NCBI GenBank assembly: GCA_963796275.1
Contig: CAWCKY010000003.1
Location: 1,440,001-1,504,000, forward strand
Reading direction: 5' to 3'
DNA from: an uncultured Acidobacteriota bacterium
GTDB lineage: Bacteria > Acidobacteriota > Blastocatellia > RBC074
DNA: 64,000 bases
Positions 36,430 to 46,798 of this stretch are shown piece by piece. Both the position numbers and the translations under genes were made by a program. Positions within the stretch are counted from its first letter, which is position 1, and each line of letters opens with the position of its first letter. Below the pieces are notes generated by a model. The model had not been told where the DNA came from and searched no databases. It saw nothing but the letters and a program-made list of their open reading frames with translations.

Positions 36430-37446
36430 ATGACCAAGCTTGCTATTCCTTTTCTTCTCTTTTTGTTTCCCGTCCTGGTTTTAGCGCAAGTCAGCCATTC
36501 CGGCAAGCATCCCGGAAAACAACCTCTCGCTCACACCTATTCGATCGTCGCCCGCGATCCTGAGACCGGGCAGCTCGGAGTCGCCGTCCAATCGCACTGG
36601 TTCTCCGTCGGTTCGGTCGTCCCATGGGCAGAGGCCGGTGTTGGCGCAGTCGCTACCCAGTCGATCGTCGATCCGGCATATGGTCCTCTCGGTCTAACAT
36701 TGATGCGGGCGGGGAAGAGCGCGCCCGAAGCCCTGCAATCATTGCTGGCAAGCGATGCGCAGGCTTCCCTCAGGCAGGTAGCCATGATAGATGCGCAGGG
36801 CCGCGTTGCCACGCATACCGGTAAAGATTGCATCATTGCCGCCGGACACCGAAACGGCGTGAACTATTCGGTTCAAGCAAACCTCATGCTGAAAGATACA
36901 GTTTGGGACGCCATGGCCAAAGCTTTCGAGAACGCGAAAGGCGAGCTGGCGGACCGGCTGATCGCCGCGCTCGAGGCGGCCGAGGGCGAAGGCGGGGACA
37001 TTCGCGGTAAACAATCAGCGGCGATCCTGGTTGTCAGCGGTAAGCCGACAGGAAGACAGTGGGCCGACCGGCTCTTCGATCTGCGGGTGGATGATCACGC
37101 CCAGCCCGTCGTCGAACTGAAGCGGTTGGTCAAACTGCAGCGAGCCTACAATCACATGAACTATGGCGATGAGTTGTTCGGCAAAGGTGACATTGCCGGT
37201 GCCGTGAGGGAATACGGCGCTGCAGAAGCCATCGTACCCGACAACGTTGAGATGGTTTTCTGGCACGCGGTTACGCTGGTAAATGCCAAGAAGATCGATG
37301 AGGCTTTACCGCTCTTCCGCCGCGTTTTCGCCGCGGATCGCAATTGGGCCACACTGATACCGAGACTCCCGAAGTCCAATATGTTGCCCGATGACAAGCT
37401 GTTGATCGACCGTATCTTATCAGTGGCTCAAACCGGTGATCGATAG
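36430..37446 (+). CDS. DUF1028 (Ntn-hydrolase-like) protein with TPR-like tail, exported
   Basis: Signal peptide; HTYSIVARD, GVGAVATQ, GGDIRGKQSAA and DLRVDDH. Confidence 0.88.
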   Translation: MTKLAIPFLLFLFPVLVLAQVSHSGKHPGKQPLAHTYSIVARDPETGQLGVAVQSHWFSVGSVVPWAEAGVGAVATQSIVDPAYGPLGLTLMRAGKSAPEALQSLLASDAQASLRQVAMIDAQGRVATHTGKDCIIAAGHRNGVNYSVQANLMLKDTVWDAMAKAFENAKGELADRLIAALEAAEGEGGDIRGKQSAAILVVSGKPTGRQWADRLFDLRVDDHAQPVVELKRLVKLQRAYNHMNYGDELFGKGDIAGAVREYGAAEAIVPDNVEMVFWHAVTLVNAKKIDEALPLFRRVFAADRNWATLIPRLPKSNMLPDDKLLIDRILSVAQTGDR

Positions 37447-37579
37447 ACGGAAGCTAGTTCGGCTCTCCCGACCAGCAAAAACCAGTACCACTCAAAATTC
37501 GTTTTTATAAAAAAAGTCAAAAAATATAGCCATAGGCAAGAGGAGCGATAGCCAGGGATCTCCCCGTGATCGCTTGATG

Positions 37580-38581
37580 TCATTCCCCTCTTCGCCTTCT
37601 GACCTTTATGATGGATCTGCTGAGCGTTTCTAGTTCTCCAGTAGAGCTGATTCCGCTTACTGACAACATATTGTCTCCGTTTGCGAATTTGCGGGAGGGG
37701 ATTCTCACCATAATGTCAGGGGATTCGCTGGATCGTGGTCTGATGCCTTTCCTGCTGAACAATTCCTTTCCGTCCACTCTCAGTAACATTACTTGATAGT
37801 CAGGGAACCTCTGCTCTGACGGGTTCAACAGCAACCTGACCTCTTCAACACCCCGTGGAATGATCAATACCGGAGTCTCCTGCCCCGGGTCCCGGAAGAC
37901 ACTTATCGTAAGCGGGAAGATGATCGATGCCGGCTCGGACCGGGTTGAGCCAGCTTCTACCACCGCCTGTGCCTGCAGTTGATCCTGTAAACGCGTGCGC
38001 TCTTCGGTCAATTCTTGCGCCCGCGTTTCCAGGTCGGCGATCTTCTGCACCAGCGCATGCGCGCTCTGCCGTTGAGCTTCAACTTCCCGTTGCGTCTCCG
38101 CCAGTTGGGCGCGCAACCGTGAATTCCGATTGACTGACCACATCCCGATGGATGCTATGAACAATGCGGCGATGGTGGAGGCAAGTCTCAATGCCAGGCG
38201 GCGGCCATCAATCCTGTCTATGAGTTGAGACCACTGGGAGACGACCTTCTGGCCACGATCGGTCCGCACATCCGCCGACCGTTCTACGGAATTCCGCGCG
38301 GATAGCTCCTCATCCAAAACTTGAGCAAAGGCTTGGGAGAATTTGACATGCCTGCGTCGCTGTGGGTTCGCCAGATAAGCTATCTCAAAGCGCTCGCGAT
38401 CTGCTTGAGATAGAGCGCCGCGCGCGTATCTATCGATTAAATCATCCTCGGCTTTACGGAGCTGATCGTATTTGGACCCGTCGAGGAAATACTCATCCTC
38501 AATTGCGGTCTGCTCCGCCGTTGAGAGATCACCCAGCAGATAACGTTTGATCAACTCTTCAGGCCTCTGAGCTTTCTCCAT
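37580..38581 (-). CDS. Putative membrane-anchored anti-sigma-like protein (N-terminal YLLG/L domain, TM, coiled coil, beta domain)
   Basis: LIKRYLLGDLS..EQ..IE...EDDLIDRY.RG.LS..DRERFE resembles anti-sigma N-termini; single TM helix; heptad region. Confidence 0.6.
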   Translation of the reverse strand: MEKAQRPEELIKRYLLGDLSTAEQTAIEDEYFLDGSKYDQLRKAEDDLIDRYARGALSQADRERFEIAYLANPQRRRHVKFSQAFAQVLDEELSARNSVERSADVRTDRGQKVVSQWSQLIDRIDGRRLALRLASTIAALFIASIGMWSVNRNSRLRAQLAETQREVEAQRQSAHALVQKIADLETRAQELTEERTRLQDQLQAQAVVEAGSTRSEPASIIFPLTISVFRDPGQETPVLIIPRGVEEVRLLLNPSEQRFPDYQVMLLRVDGKELFSRKGIRPRSSESPDIMVRIPSRKFANGDNMLSVSGISSTGELETLSRSIIKVRRRRGE

Positions 38582-39084
38582 AACATCCCCTACCCTGAGA
38601 AGTAGAATCCCGTTAACTTCCCTTTTTCGACGAGACTTGAAGATTAAAAGATAAATTGTCTGATTACCAATTTTGTGTTTTTGCGCCTGTACATATACAA
38701 GTGGCTGAACCGCGGCTTTCCATGACATTCACTTTAACTTTTTTTCAATGCGATTAGTGATGAACAGCTCAAGTTTTCGCGGATATTAGCTTGGCGCGGC
38801 CGAACTGGCATGGTTTTCCATTCAACTACGAGATTAAACCAGTTGATATGAAACTACCCGAGAAATTGTCCGCCGCGGGGAGAGCCGCAAAAACGGTAGG
38901 AGAGAGGCAAGTGCTGCGCTTATAAGACATCAGGTTTGATTCTCGCCACCTAAGCTTGTTGGCTCAGGTGGCGATTCTCGGTTTGTGCGATTCCCCGCAA
39001 GGAATCATGAGCGAATGACTCGCCCGGCGAGCTACTCGCGTTAATTAACACTGACCGGGCTATGGCTGATATTTATCCTGTATT

Positions 39085-40101
39085 TTATTTCATTGACCTG
39101 GAAAGTCGGTTAGTTTCTGTGCGACGGATTTGAGCGGCTTTCGACAGATCGACTTCAATCCTGTTGCCGTTGACCAGAATGGTTGAGCCATCAACCAATT
39201 TTTGGTTCGTAATATCGAAGTTGAACAACTTTTCCACCAGGTCATAAGGAGCAAATATCTCTAAGACTTCTACATTTGGCCTCTGATTTTCATTTGGTCT
39301 CGGATTTCGCCTGGTCGGGGGGAGAATCTCTCGGTAGAAAATCCTCGCCCTGACTTTAATCCCATAAATCCCGTTGGCTTTTGTGATCACCGGCGCGACC
39401 TTGTCAAAAGCGGGCAAAACGATGTCCCTCAAAACAGTAGCGACCCTGGCAGCCTGTTTGAAATCACGAGAATTGAATTCGGGGATCTGAGACGCGGGTG
39501 AAAAAGCGATATATTTCTTCCCTTGAAATTCTGCGATGCCCATCTCGTCATCGTTGTAATCCAAACCTTTCACCAATTGAAACTGCTTATCCCGGGGGAT
39601 TTCCGCAAGCACGCCGGAAAACTTTCTTGGCAATAACTTTTCCGTTAATGCTTTGAATTCCTCGCTGGATTCGAACGACTCAGCGGAGCCGAAGAACACG
39701 AGTTGTTCCAAGGCCTCTTCCAAATCAGGTATAACAGACGCGAATCGGAGCTTGACGTAGGCTAAATTGCTCCGAAACTCGATCTCTGTGTACGCTTTTT
39801 CCTTGATGGACTTTTCGTAAAAAACTGTGAGCAAAGGCGGCCACCCGCGTAACTGCCAATCGGATTCCCCTTCGACTATGATCGTCTCTCCGACTACTGA
39901 CACGTTTGCGGTGTAAATCGGTACTCTGCCCCTAAAGCTGTAGTCCTCATATTTGAGTAGTTGGCGTGGAATCTTGATAACTACTGGCTGCGTTTTATTC
40001 AGGGTAATTTCGTTGTCGGAACCGACCGCCACGCCGCTGGCAACGCACAACAGCAAGTAGCAGCCGAAATGCAAGAATAAGCAACGAGTAAATCTTGTCA
40101 T
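39085..40101 (-). CDS. Exported hypothetical protein
   Basis: Long ORF with a signal-peptide-like N-terminus from MTRFTR; no recognised motif. Confidence 0.75.
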   Translation of the reverse strand: MTRFTRCLFLHFGCYLLLCVASGVAVGSDNEITLNKTQPVVIKIPRQLLKYEDYSFRGRVPIYTANVSVVGETIIVEGESDWQLRGWPPLLTVFYEKSIKEKAYTEIEFRSNLAYVKLRFASVIPDLEEALEQLVFFGSAESFESSEEFKALTEKLLPRKFSGVLAEIPRDKQFQLVKGLDYNDDEMGIAEFQGKKYIAFSPASQIPEFNSRDFKQAARVATVLRDIVLPAFDKVAPVITKANGIYGIKVRARIFYREILPPTRRNPRPNENQRPNVEVLEIFAPYDLVEKLFNFDITNQKLVDGSTILVNGNRIEVDLSKAAQIRRTETNRLSRSMK

Positions 40102-40940
40102 AGGCTGAACCTTTCTGAATCGAGAGATAACAGGAGGGCAACTGCGCGACTCCACCGCGAAGTTGTCTTCCGCTCGAACCGTGTAATAATCTCCTAATTT
40201 CTTCGGGGTCAGTTAAGTTGTAATCTGGACTTTCTGCATCAATTCTACGCGGAGCGCCGCTCGGAGGCGAGAGCGCGCGGAGCTTTTTTTGCCTTTTTCA
40301 CGCTCCATTGCCGCAAGCAAACATGGCACTGGAATCTTCATTGCATTGCGGTGCTGCTGAACATCCGCATTGGTGTGATTTATCAATACGTATCTAAAAC
40401 CTTTTGATTACCGATCTGGTGTATGCGGACGAAGACCAATACATACGAGCGATCAGGGCTCAGGCCAGGGAAACATGCGCAACCTGAGAGCGGCAAAGCG
40501 GATAGATTTAGAGAGGAAATGCGTGAGAAGAGCGCGATGATCATTCAAAAGCCATTGGACACCGTTATTAATCGAACCTACCTTCCTCACCGGCCGTGAG
40601 CGCTAAAATGAGATCCTATCCGACTTGAAATTCTCCTGCCCGAGATGGATTAGGTTGGCGGCCAGAGTTGCATATCCGCCTTTGATGTCGGTCGTACCGC
40701 GACCGTAAAAATAACCATCGCACTAGAGATAGCTCGCCTGATCGCTCTATAGTTTAGCCTCCAAATAAAACCAGCTATATATCCTCCTCAAGTTTTGAAA
40801 TTCGGGAACGCCTGAAAATTTTTATCAATTCACATTTGAATCGGTGACATGCCTTGAAGCCCTCGATTCACTCAATGGTTGAAGAAGATAAATTAACTGG
40901 CTTCTACCACGATGGCAGAAGCGCGACGTGCCCCTGAGGA

Positions 40941-42242
40941 GTGCTGCTTATTATGTTTCGAGTTCCGGTAGAGCCGACGAGAACGACAATTGATGATGTC
41001 GCACCGCGGCTGGACGATGGACAGCTTTCTCAACGAACCGCTAACGCCGGCGAAATCTCCTCACCTCCTCCAAATAAAAACTCGAATTGGAGCGGATTGA
41101 TGGGGCGTCCGTTGCCGAGATGGGCGTGGCCAGTTGTGGCAGCGACTGGGGCGCTCATCGTTCTCCTCCTCCCGCTCCTTTTTTATCGAGCGCCGGGATT
41201 CACTGTCGTGGTGAGAAGTGTGCCGCCAGACAGCCGAATCTACATCGACGACGTGCCGCGTGGTATCCCCGGCGGCGAGAGAGGCGGGGATACCGCGACA
41301 GCATTAATCAGGGCGCATGGATTGAGATCGGGCGTCAGCCATACCGTTCGCGTAAGTTGTGGAGGTGGTGACGCCTCGCTCTATCTCGCGAATGGCACTT
41401 CGGTCAACGACGTATCGGCCCAGGATGGAGAGGTGGTTGACTTGACGGTAAAGAACTGCGGCCCACCGCCGGCCGAGATCGATTACAACGGCAAAATGCG
41501 CTTCATTGCGAGAGGCGCATTTCTGATGGGCGATAATCAGGGACGGCCTAATGAGAAGCCGGCTCGCCTGGTGGAGATAGATTACGACTATTACATCGAC
41601 AAGTACGAGGTTACCAATCAGCAATACCGAGCTTTTTCTAACAGCCGGATAGGCCGGGCCTTCCCCCGTGAGCCTGAGTGGGATGCCGATTATTCGGCGA
41701 AGCTGGATCATCCGGTTGCCGGAATTTCTTGGAATGACGCCAGAGCATTTTGTGAGGAGTGGGCGAAGAAGCGCTTGCCGACAGAAGAGGAATGGGAAAA
41801 GGCCGCTTCTTGGGATCCGAAGGCTTCCGAGGCCTCGCCAGTCTGGAAACGCAAATGGCCGTGGGGGAATGCATTCGATCCTGACCTCGTAAATTTCAGG
41901 TCGGGTCGTCCGATGCCGGTTGGCCAATTGTCCGACGGCGTGAGCGCGTACGGAGTGCTCGATATGGCCGGCAACATCGGCGAATGGGTCTCCGACGTTT
42001 ATCAGGCCTATCCGGGTAATCCGATTTCAGATCCAAACTACAGCGGTTCGTATCGGGTGCTTCGCGGCGGGACTTTCAAGACCACCGATGAAGATGGACT
42101 TCGCACGACTCGACGAAGTTTTGGGCCGCCTGCATTCAGCCCCGCCGAAAGTTCAGGCGCTATTTCTTTCATAGGTTTCAGGTGCGCGGTGAGAAGCGAT
42201 GATGCCGGTCTGCAGAATCACTTGAGGGGTGCGAATAGATAA
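40941..42242 (+). CDS. Membrane-anchored FGE/SUMF1-fold protein (TagR-like) with a PEGA-like segment
   Basis: TM helix; GAFLMG, IDKYEVTN, HPV.GISW.DA, RLPTEEEWEKAA, WPWG, DMAGNIGEW, RVLRGG and GFRCA. The FGE catalytic cysteines are absent. Confidence 0.88.
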   Translation: MLLIMFRVPVEPTRTTIDDVAPRLDDGQLSQRTANAGEISSPPPNKNSNWSGLMGRPLPRWAWPVVAATGALIVLLLPLLFYRAPGFTVVVRSVPPDSRIYIDDVPRGIPGGERGGDTATALIRAHGLRSGVSHTVRVSCGGGDASLYLANGTSVNDVSAQDGEVVDLTVKNCGPPPAEIDYNGKMRFIARGAFLMGDNQGRPNEKPARLVEIDYDYYIDKYEVTNQQYRAFSNSRIGRAFPREPEWDADYSAKLDHPVAGISWNDARAFCEEWAKKRLPTEEEWEKAASWDPKASEASPVWKRKWPWGNAFDPDLVNFRSGRPMPVGQLSDGVSAYGVLDMAGNIGEWVSDVYQAYPGNPISDPNYSGSYRVLRGGTFKTTDEDGLRTTRRSFGPPAFSPAESSGAISFIGFRCAVRSDDAGLQNHLRGANR

Positions 42243-42322
42243 AAAGATTTCCGTCAGTTATCAAATGCAAAACGAACTATCCAGCAGAAACTGGAACCTT
42301 TTGAGTGAAGTGAGGGAAGGTC

Positions 42323-43051
42323 ATGATCCTAAAACACAAGATTTTTTTCGCCACCTTTCTGGGACTAATTTGCTCTCTACTGCTTGTTCGGGGCGCATCA
42401 GCCCAGGAAAACGATTACGGCACGTGGAAAAAGGCGGAGGTTATCACCAGGCCGGCGGCCAAAGGCAGACCCCGACCGTTCCGGATCAAATCGCCTTTGT
42501 TAACTATGCGCTGGCAGTTTTTTGTCGCAGGCGAAACGACTGAAGAGGCAATCGATCCGGCGAGACGAACCTTCGTCGACGATGAATTGGTACGGATCGC
42601 GGTCCAGGTTAATCAAATAGGATACGTCTATGTCATCAATCATACGGTGAAGCATGACAACAGCATCGAAGGCCCGTTTCTCATCTCTAGAGGACACTAT
42701 CAGATCAAAAAGGATCAACAACTGGTGCTACCTCTGCTATGCCCCGACCCGAATCGAATAAATGGCAAATGCTGGTGGCGGACCAAATCGCCGCCGGGAC
42801 GAGAAGTAGTCACCATCATTTTCAGCAGGGATGAGATTGAAGAATGGAAATATCCGGACACCAGCGAAGGGGATTCGCTGGTGAGCGAATCCCTGATTTA
42901 TTCCCTGACGCGCGAATCCCCGGATACAAACCGGAAGATATTGATGGGACCGCTTCAGAGGACCAATCGGGGACAGATCACGGAGGTATGGAATCCCAAT
43001 CCGAAACGTAACGAAGTGCTGGTTGAAAGAATCGAATTCGCTCACGAATAA
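42323..43051 (+). CDS. Exported DUF4384-like protein 1
   Basis: Signal peptide ending ASA-Q; F.DDELVRI...N..GYVYVIN and PPGREVV.IIFS. Confidence 0.65.
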   Translation: MILKHKIFFATFLGLICSLLLVRGASAQENDYGTWKKAEVITRPAAKGRPRPFRIKSPLLTMRWQFFVAGETTEEAIDPARRTFVDDELVRIAVQVNQIGYVYVINHTVKHDNSIEGPFLISRGHYQIKKDQQLVLPLLCPDPNRINGKCWWRTKSPPGREVVTIIFSRDEIEEWKYPDTSEGDSLVSESLIYSLTRESPDTNRKILMGPLQRTNRGQITEVWNPNPKRNEVLVERIEFAHE

Positions 43052-43219
43052 CTGAAGAGTGTGCAACCTGAAAGTTACTTGTTATCAAAGTTCTGATCGG
43101 CTCCCAAGGAGACGGATGACTATTGCTCCGATATATATCGCTCAGGGCGTAGCTGGATCTAGAACTATGGAGCTCAGTCTTTAGTATGCACAACCTTCAA
43201 TAACTGAATGAGGTACTAA

Positions 43220-44026
43220 ATGAGATCGGACAAGCGAAAACAAAGTATTTTTATTGCCCTCGTATCGTCCGTCCTGCTTTGTGGCGTCATTCTCGCCCAG
43301 AATACGCCGCGCGCGCGTACGCTGACGCTCAATGGTCAGGATGTGACGAAGAAGCAGGATGGGCTTGAGATTCAAATCCTAAAGGAGGCCGGCGGAAAAT
43401 GGGTATTCACCGGACAGAATGAGGAGTTTAAGTCGGGCGATAAAGTGCGGGTCCAATTTTGGAGTAACATCAAGGGCTTTGCCTACTTCATCAATATCGC
43501 GCCGAGCGGCAAACAAAGGGTCATCTACAGCAGGGCGATAGAGAAGGGTAAGGATTACACGTTGCCCGGCATGGACGGCGGCAAGGAGATGTGGATCGAG
43601 TTCGATCAGGAGAAGGGCGTGGAGATTTTGAAACTCGTTGTGACCCCGACACCGATTAAAGTCTTCGACGAGGCGTTGAGCCGGTCGCAGGGCGAAATCG
43701 TAGAATCGGTCTTCAGCGTCTCCGATGAGCTGCTTGGTGACGAACGCAAGCCGGGACAGAGTTCCGCGCAGATAGCAGTGCCGAATTCCGGGCCGGGTTT
43801 AAATCAGCGGTTCGAGCAAGTGGTGATGGTTCAACCGCAAGGATCGCAGGCGTGTCTTCGCGCTCGCGGACTCGGCCTTCGCTGCCGCTCCCTCGGCCTC
43901 GATCCTCCCGACCCGAAAAAAGGGAAAGGGGCAATTGTCGTTGCAATGCCGGACTCGAAGAGCGCGACGGGCAAGCTTAATAAGGATGAGGCGATCGTCG
44001 TCGAACTTCGCTTCAAACACATTTGA
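43220..44026 (+). CDS. Exported DUF4384-like protein 2
   Basis: Signal peptide ending ILA-Q; FKSGDKVRV.F.SN.KGFAYFIN..PSG and FD..KGVE.L.LVV. Confidence 0.72.
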   Translation: MRSDKRKQSIFIALVSSVLLCGVILAQNTPRARTLTLNGQDVTKKQDGLEIQILKEAGGKWVFTGQNEEFKSGDKVRVQFWSNIKGFAYFINIAPSGKQRVIYSRAIEKGKDYTLPGMDGGKEMWIEFDQEKGVEILKLVVTPTPIKVFDEALSRSQGEIVESVFSVSDELLGDERKPGQSSAQIAVPNSGPGLNQRFEQVVMVQPQGSQACLRARGLGLRCRSLGLDPPDPKKGKGAIVVAMPDSKSATGKLNKDEAIVVELRFKHI

Positions 44027-44142
44027 AAAGAAATTGATCACGGGCAACGAGGCCCACTGGGGCAATGGGGCATATGGTCCTAACAGGCTTTGTCTATCCC
44101 CGGTCACCGGCGCCAATCGCTTTGAACCTTTCTTAACGTTCT

Positions 44143-45504
44143 ATGGTTCGATTTAGTCTGCCAGGAGGCTTGATGTCAGGTGCGCTGAAATCGAGATCGG
44201 GATCTGCGTGCAGACTCCGAACGCGACGCTATCCGGAGTCATACGCGGAATCACAATGGAATAGGTCGAGGATGACAGGATTCGCCTTGTGGCTCTGCAC
44301 TATCGTGGTGACGATCAATGCCAATATTCCGAATACTGACGGCTCATCAATTCTCACGCAGGCTATCGGATCGCGGGAGTCTGAGAAGAGTGGCATTCTC
44401 GTGCGGGATGCGAGGGTCAGAGTACGCCGCGCGATAGCGGCTGTTGGGCTAATTCTGGTCAGTGAAGGTGATGGTGATCAGCCACGGCCGAGCGGTTCGG
44501 GCGTCGTCATCCGGCAGGATGGCGTGATCGCCACCAACTGGCATGTCATTAAGCAGCGTAACTCCGATCGGCATTACAAGGAGATTTATTTCAGCCTAGC
44601 CGCAGATAGCGGCGCATCGCCGCTCGATTCGTCGAGCTTTCGAATGCGGGTGGTGGATTTCGATCGAGAGCTCGATCTGGCTCTAATGCGCATTGTCACG
44701 GACGACGAGGCTTCGGGGGAGCAGTCCCCGCTGATTTTGCCGTTCATCGAAATGGGTGACTCACAAGCCATCGAATTACTCGATGATCTGGTGATCATCG
44801 GTTTCCCCGCGATGGGAGGCGCGACAGCCACGGTCAGCCACGGGATTGTCGAGGGCAAAGACAATGTCGAGGGATGGATCAAGACGGATACGCGCATGCT
44901 GCACGGAAATAGCGGCGGGGCCGCAGTCAGCGCTGAGGGCAAGCTGATCGGGATTGCCACCAAGGTCGAAGTCGATCTGGCGCAGAATGATGTGCGGTTG
45001 GGTGCCATCGGCTACCTGCGCCCGTCAAACCTGGTTTCAAAAATGTTCAACAGAATGATCCAGGGAGAACGATCGGAGGTGACTTTATTGAACAGTTCTC
45101 TCGAACAGGCTTCGCCCACACCCCAACCTTCGTTACCCGTCAATGTCAGCGGCTCGGTGAGATTTGCGGTGAACGGAAACCCGATAGCGGGAGCGCGTGT
45201 AGGACTGCTCATCACCGGACGAGAAGTCGCTCCGAATGCGCTTATTGGCTGGGGAGGGACAAATGCCGACGGCTTTTCCCAATTCGAAAATTCGGTGCCG
45301 CCCGGGATGTATCCATTGCGCGCGAGAGTGGTCGGCGATGAACGATATGCGCCTTACGAGCAGGAGATCGAGATCTCACCCGGAATGAATAAGCTGGTCG
45401 TTGAGCTGAAACCGGCAAACGTAGCAAACGTGGCAAACGTAGCAAACGTGGCAAACGGGGCAAACGGGGCAAACGAGCAGAGAGCGCGAAAGGCCAGTAA
45501 GTGA
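44143..45504 (+). CDS. Trypsin-like (S1) serine protease with C-terminal beta-sandwich (start may be 44272)
   Basis: GSGVVI, catalytic triad TNWHV / DLAL / GNSGG, and IGFP. Confidence 0.9.
   Translation: MVRFSLPGGLMSGALKSRSGSACRLRTRRYPESYAESQWNRSRMTGFALWLCTIVVTINANIPNTDGSSILTQAIGSRESEKSGILVRDARVRVRRAIAAVGLILVSEGDGDQPRPSGSGVVIRQDGVIATNWHVIKQRNSDRHYKEIYFSLAADSGASPLDSSSFRMRVVDFDRELDLALMRIVTDDEASGEQSPLILPFIEMGDSQAIELLDDLVIIGFPAMGGATATVSHGIVEGKDNVEGWIKTDTRMLHGNSGGAAVSAEGKLIGIATKVEVDLAQNDVRLGAIGYLRPSNLVSKMFNRMIQGERSEVTLLNSSLEQASPTPQPSLPVNVSGSVRFAVNGNPIAGARVGLLITGREVAPNALIGWGGTNADGFSQFENSVPPGMYPLRARVVGDERYAPYEQEIEISPGMNKLVVELKPANVANVANVANVANGANGANEQRARKASK
45415..45477 (+). repeat. Coding 9-mer tandem repeat (GCAAACGNN)x7, encoding ANV/ANG
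   Basis: Read directly; the same unit occurs in tssM at 51221-51256. Confidence 0.92.
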
Positions 45505-46646
45505 AGATTTGGGGAATCAAAAGCAGTGTGCTCGATGGTTTCGCGGCCAGTCGCGGGAGGCGCGCGATGATTCTCGAGCTGGTCTATCTGATCGAGCGGC
45601 TTTCGAAGTTTTGGATTGCTCTTGTGTCGGCTGCCATTTTGATCGTGATCATCATCATTCTGACATTGATAAAGCTCGTGACGGCTGGAAGCGATTGCGG
45701 TAGCGTAAAGATCATCAGCCCTTTATCGGGAGCGACTATCGACGAATCAGTTAAGGTACTGGTTGCAGCCGACCGTCCGGCATGTATATCGAGCATCAGT
45801 TATAAAATCGCCGGGCTTCAATTCGCCGAACCTGAGACGGATATATTTGAAACGAATCTCGATCCGCGCGTGATTGGTGAAAAGTTCCCCGATCTGACGG
45901 ATGGAGATTATGAACTGTCGATTTCTATCGAAACTGAGTCGGGCCAAACGGAGGCGGTGGTCGATAGTGTGCAGGTGAATATCGAATTTCCCAATATGGA
46001 GGGAGAGATCAGCCTGGAGAATATCCGCGAGATGGCAGAGAAACTCGCAACCAGGATCAATCAGCGCGGCGAGATTTTTACCTTCGATGACGAGTTTCTG
46101 ATTCAGATTCGCACCGCTACGCTGAACTATCGGACGGATATGTTCACAGGCGCCGAGAATATCGGCGCACGAATTCGCAGAACCAGTAATAGCGTGGGGA
46201 TACCTTCGCAACTGATGTTCCTGCTCGCAGCCAGTCGCAGCCGTTGCAGTATGGATCAGACGGTAGGCGGTTGTGGTGTCGATCCGGACGGAGCTGGAAC
46301 GTTCAAGGTTCCGCCTTCCATTATGAATCAATTTGGAGAGAGGTCAGCCGTCGATCACGAAATCGTGACTCAGGTAGCAGCCCGGCATTTGAAAGAGCTG
46401 ATCCAGGGGCAACGAGACGATTTTCTCTATGCTATCGCTTGTTTCGGCGAACCGAGCGCGCGAATCGGAGATATCTTCCAGCGCAACGATCAACAGGCTC
46501 GGCGTAATTTCCACGATCTCGTCGAGAGAGGCGAGATCAGACCGGAAGAATCGAAGAGAGTCGTATGTTTCCTGGCTGCCGGTATAGTTGCGGAGAATCC
46601 CGATAAATTTGGGATCAAGACAAGGTCGTTTGTTGACGTCTATTGA
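45501..46646 (+). CDS. Membrane-anchored Ig-like domain plus degenerate lytic-transglycosylase-like domain protein
   Basis: TM helix; ISPLSGATI..SVKV Ig-like start; C-terminal half aligns by eye with the SLT protein downstream but has ASRS in place of MIES. Confidence 0.72.
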   Translation: MKIWGIKSSVLDGFAASRGRRAMILELVYLIERLSKFWIALVSAAILIVIIIILTLIKLVTAGSDCGSVKIISPLSGATIDESVKVLVAADRPACISSISYKIAGLQFAEPETDIFETNLDPRVIGEKFPDLTDGDYELSISIETESGQTEAVVDSVQVNIEFPNMEGEISLENIREMAEKLATRINQRGEIFTFDDEFLIQIRTATLNYRTDMFTGAENIGARIRRTSNSVGIPSQLMFLLAASRSRCSMDQTVGGCGVDPDGAGTFKVPPSIMNQFGERSAVDHEIVTQVAARHLKELIQGQRDDFLYAIACFGEPSARIGDIFQRNDQQARRNFHDLVERGEIRPEESKRVVCFLAAGIVAENPDKFGIKTRSFVDVY

Positions 46647-46798
46647 CTCGTATGCGGCCCAGCCACCAGGGGCAGCGCGGGGAGCATAGGCGACCTGATG
46701 CTCGGTAAATTAAGCGATTTTCAAGGCATAGGTCGCATACCTCCCCGTACTGGAAAGCTTATTGGGGCGCACTATCTATTGGGACGCACTGAAACGAT

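Noticed and set aside
40423-40599. 58-codon ORF in the long gap before the T6SS module
   Set aside because: It has no SD and no recognisable motif, so it cannot be supported.
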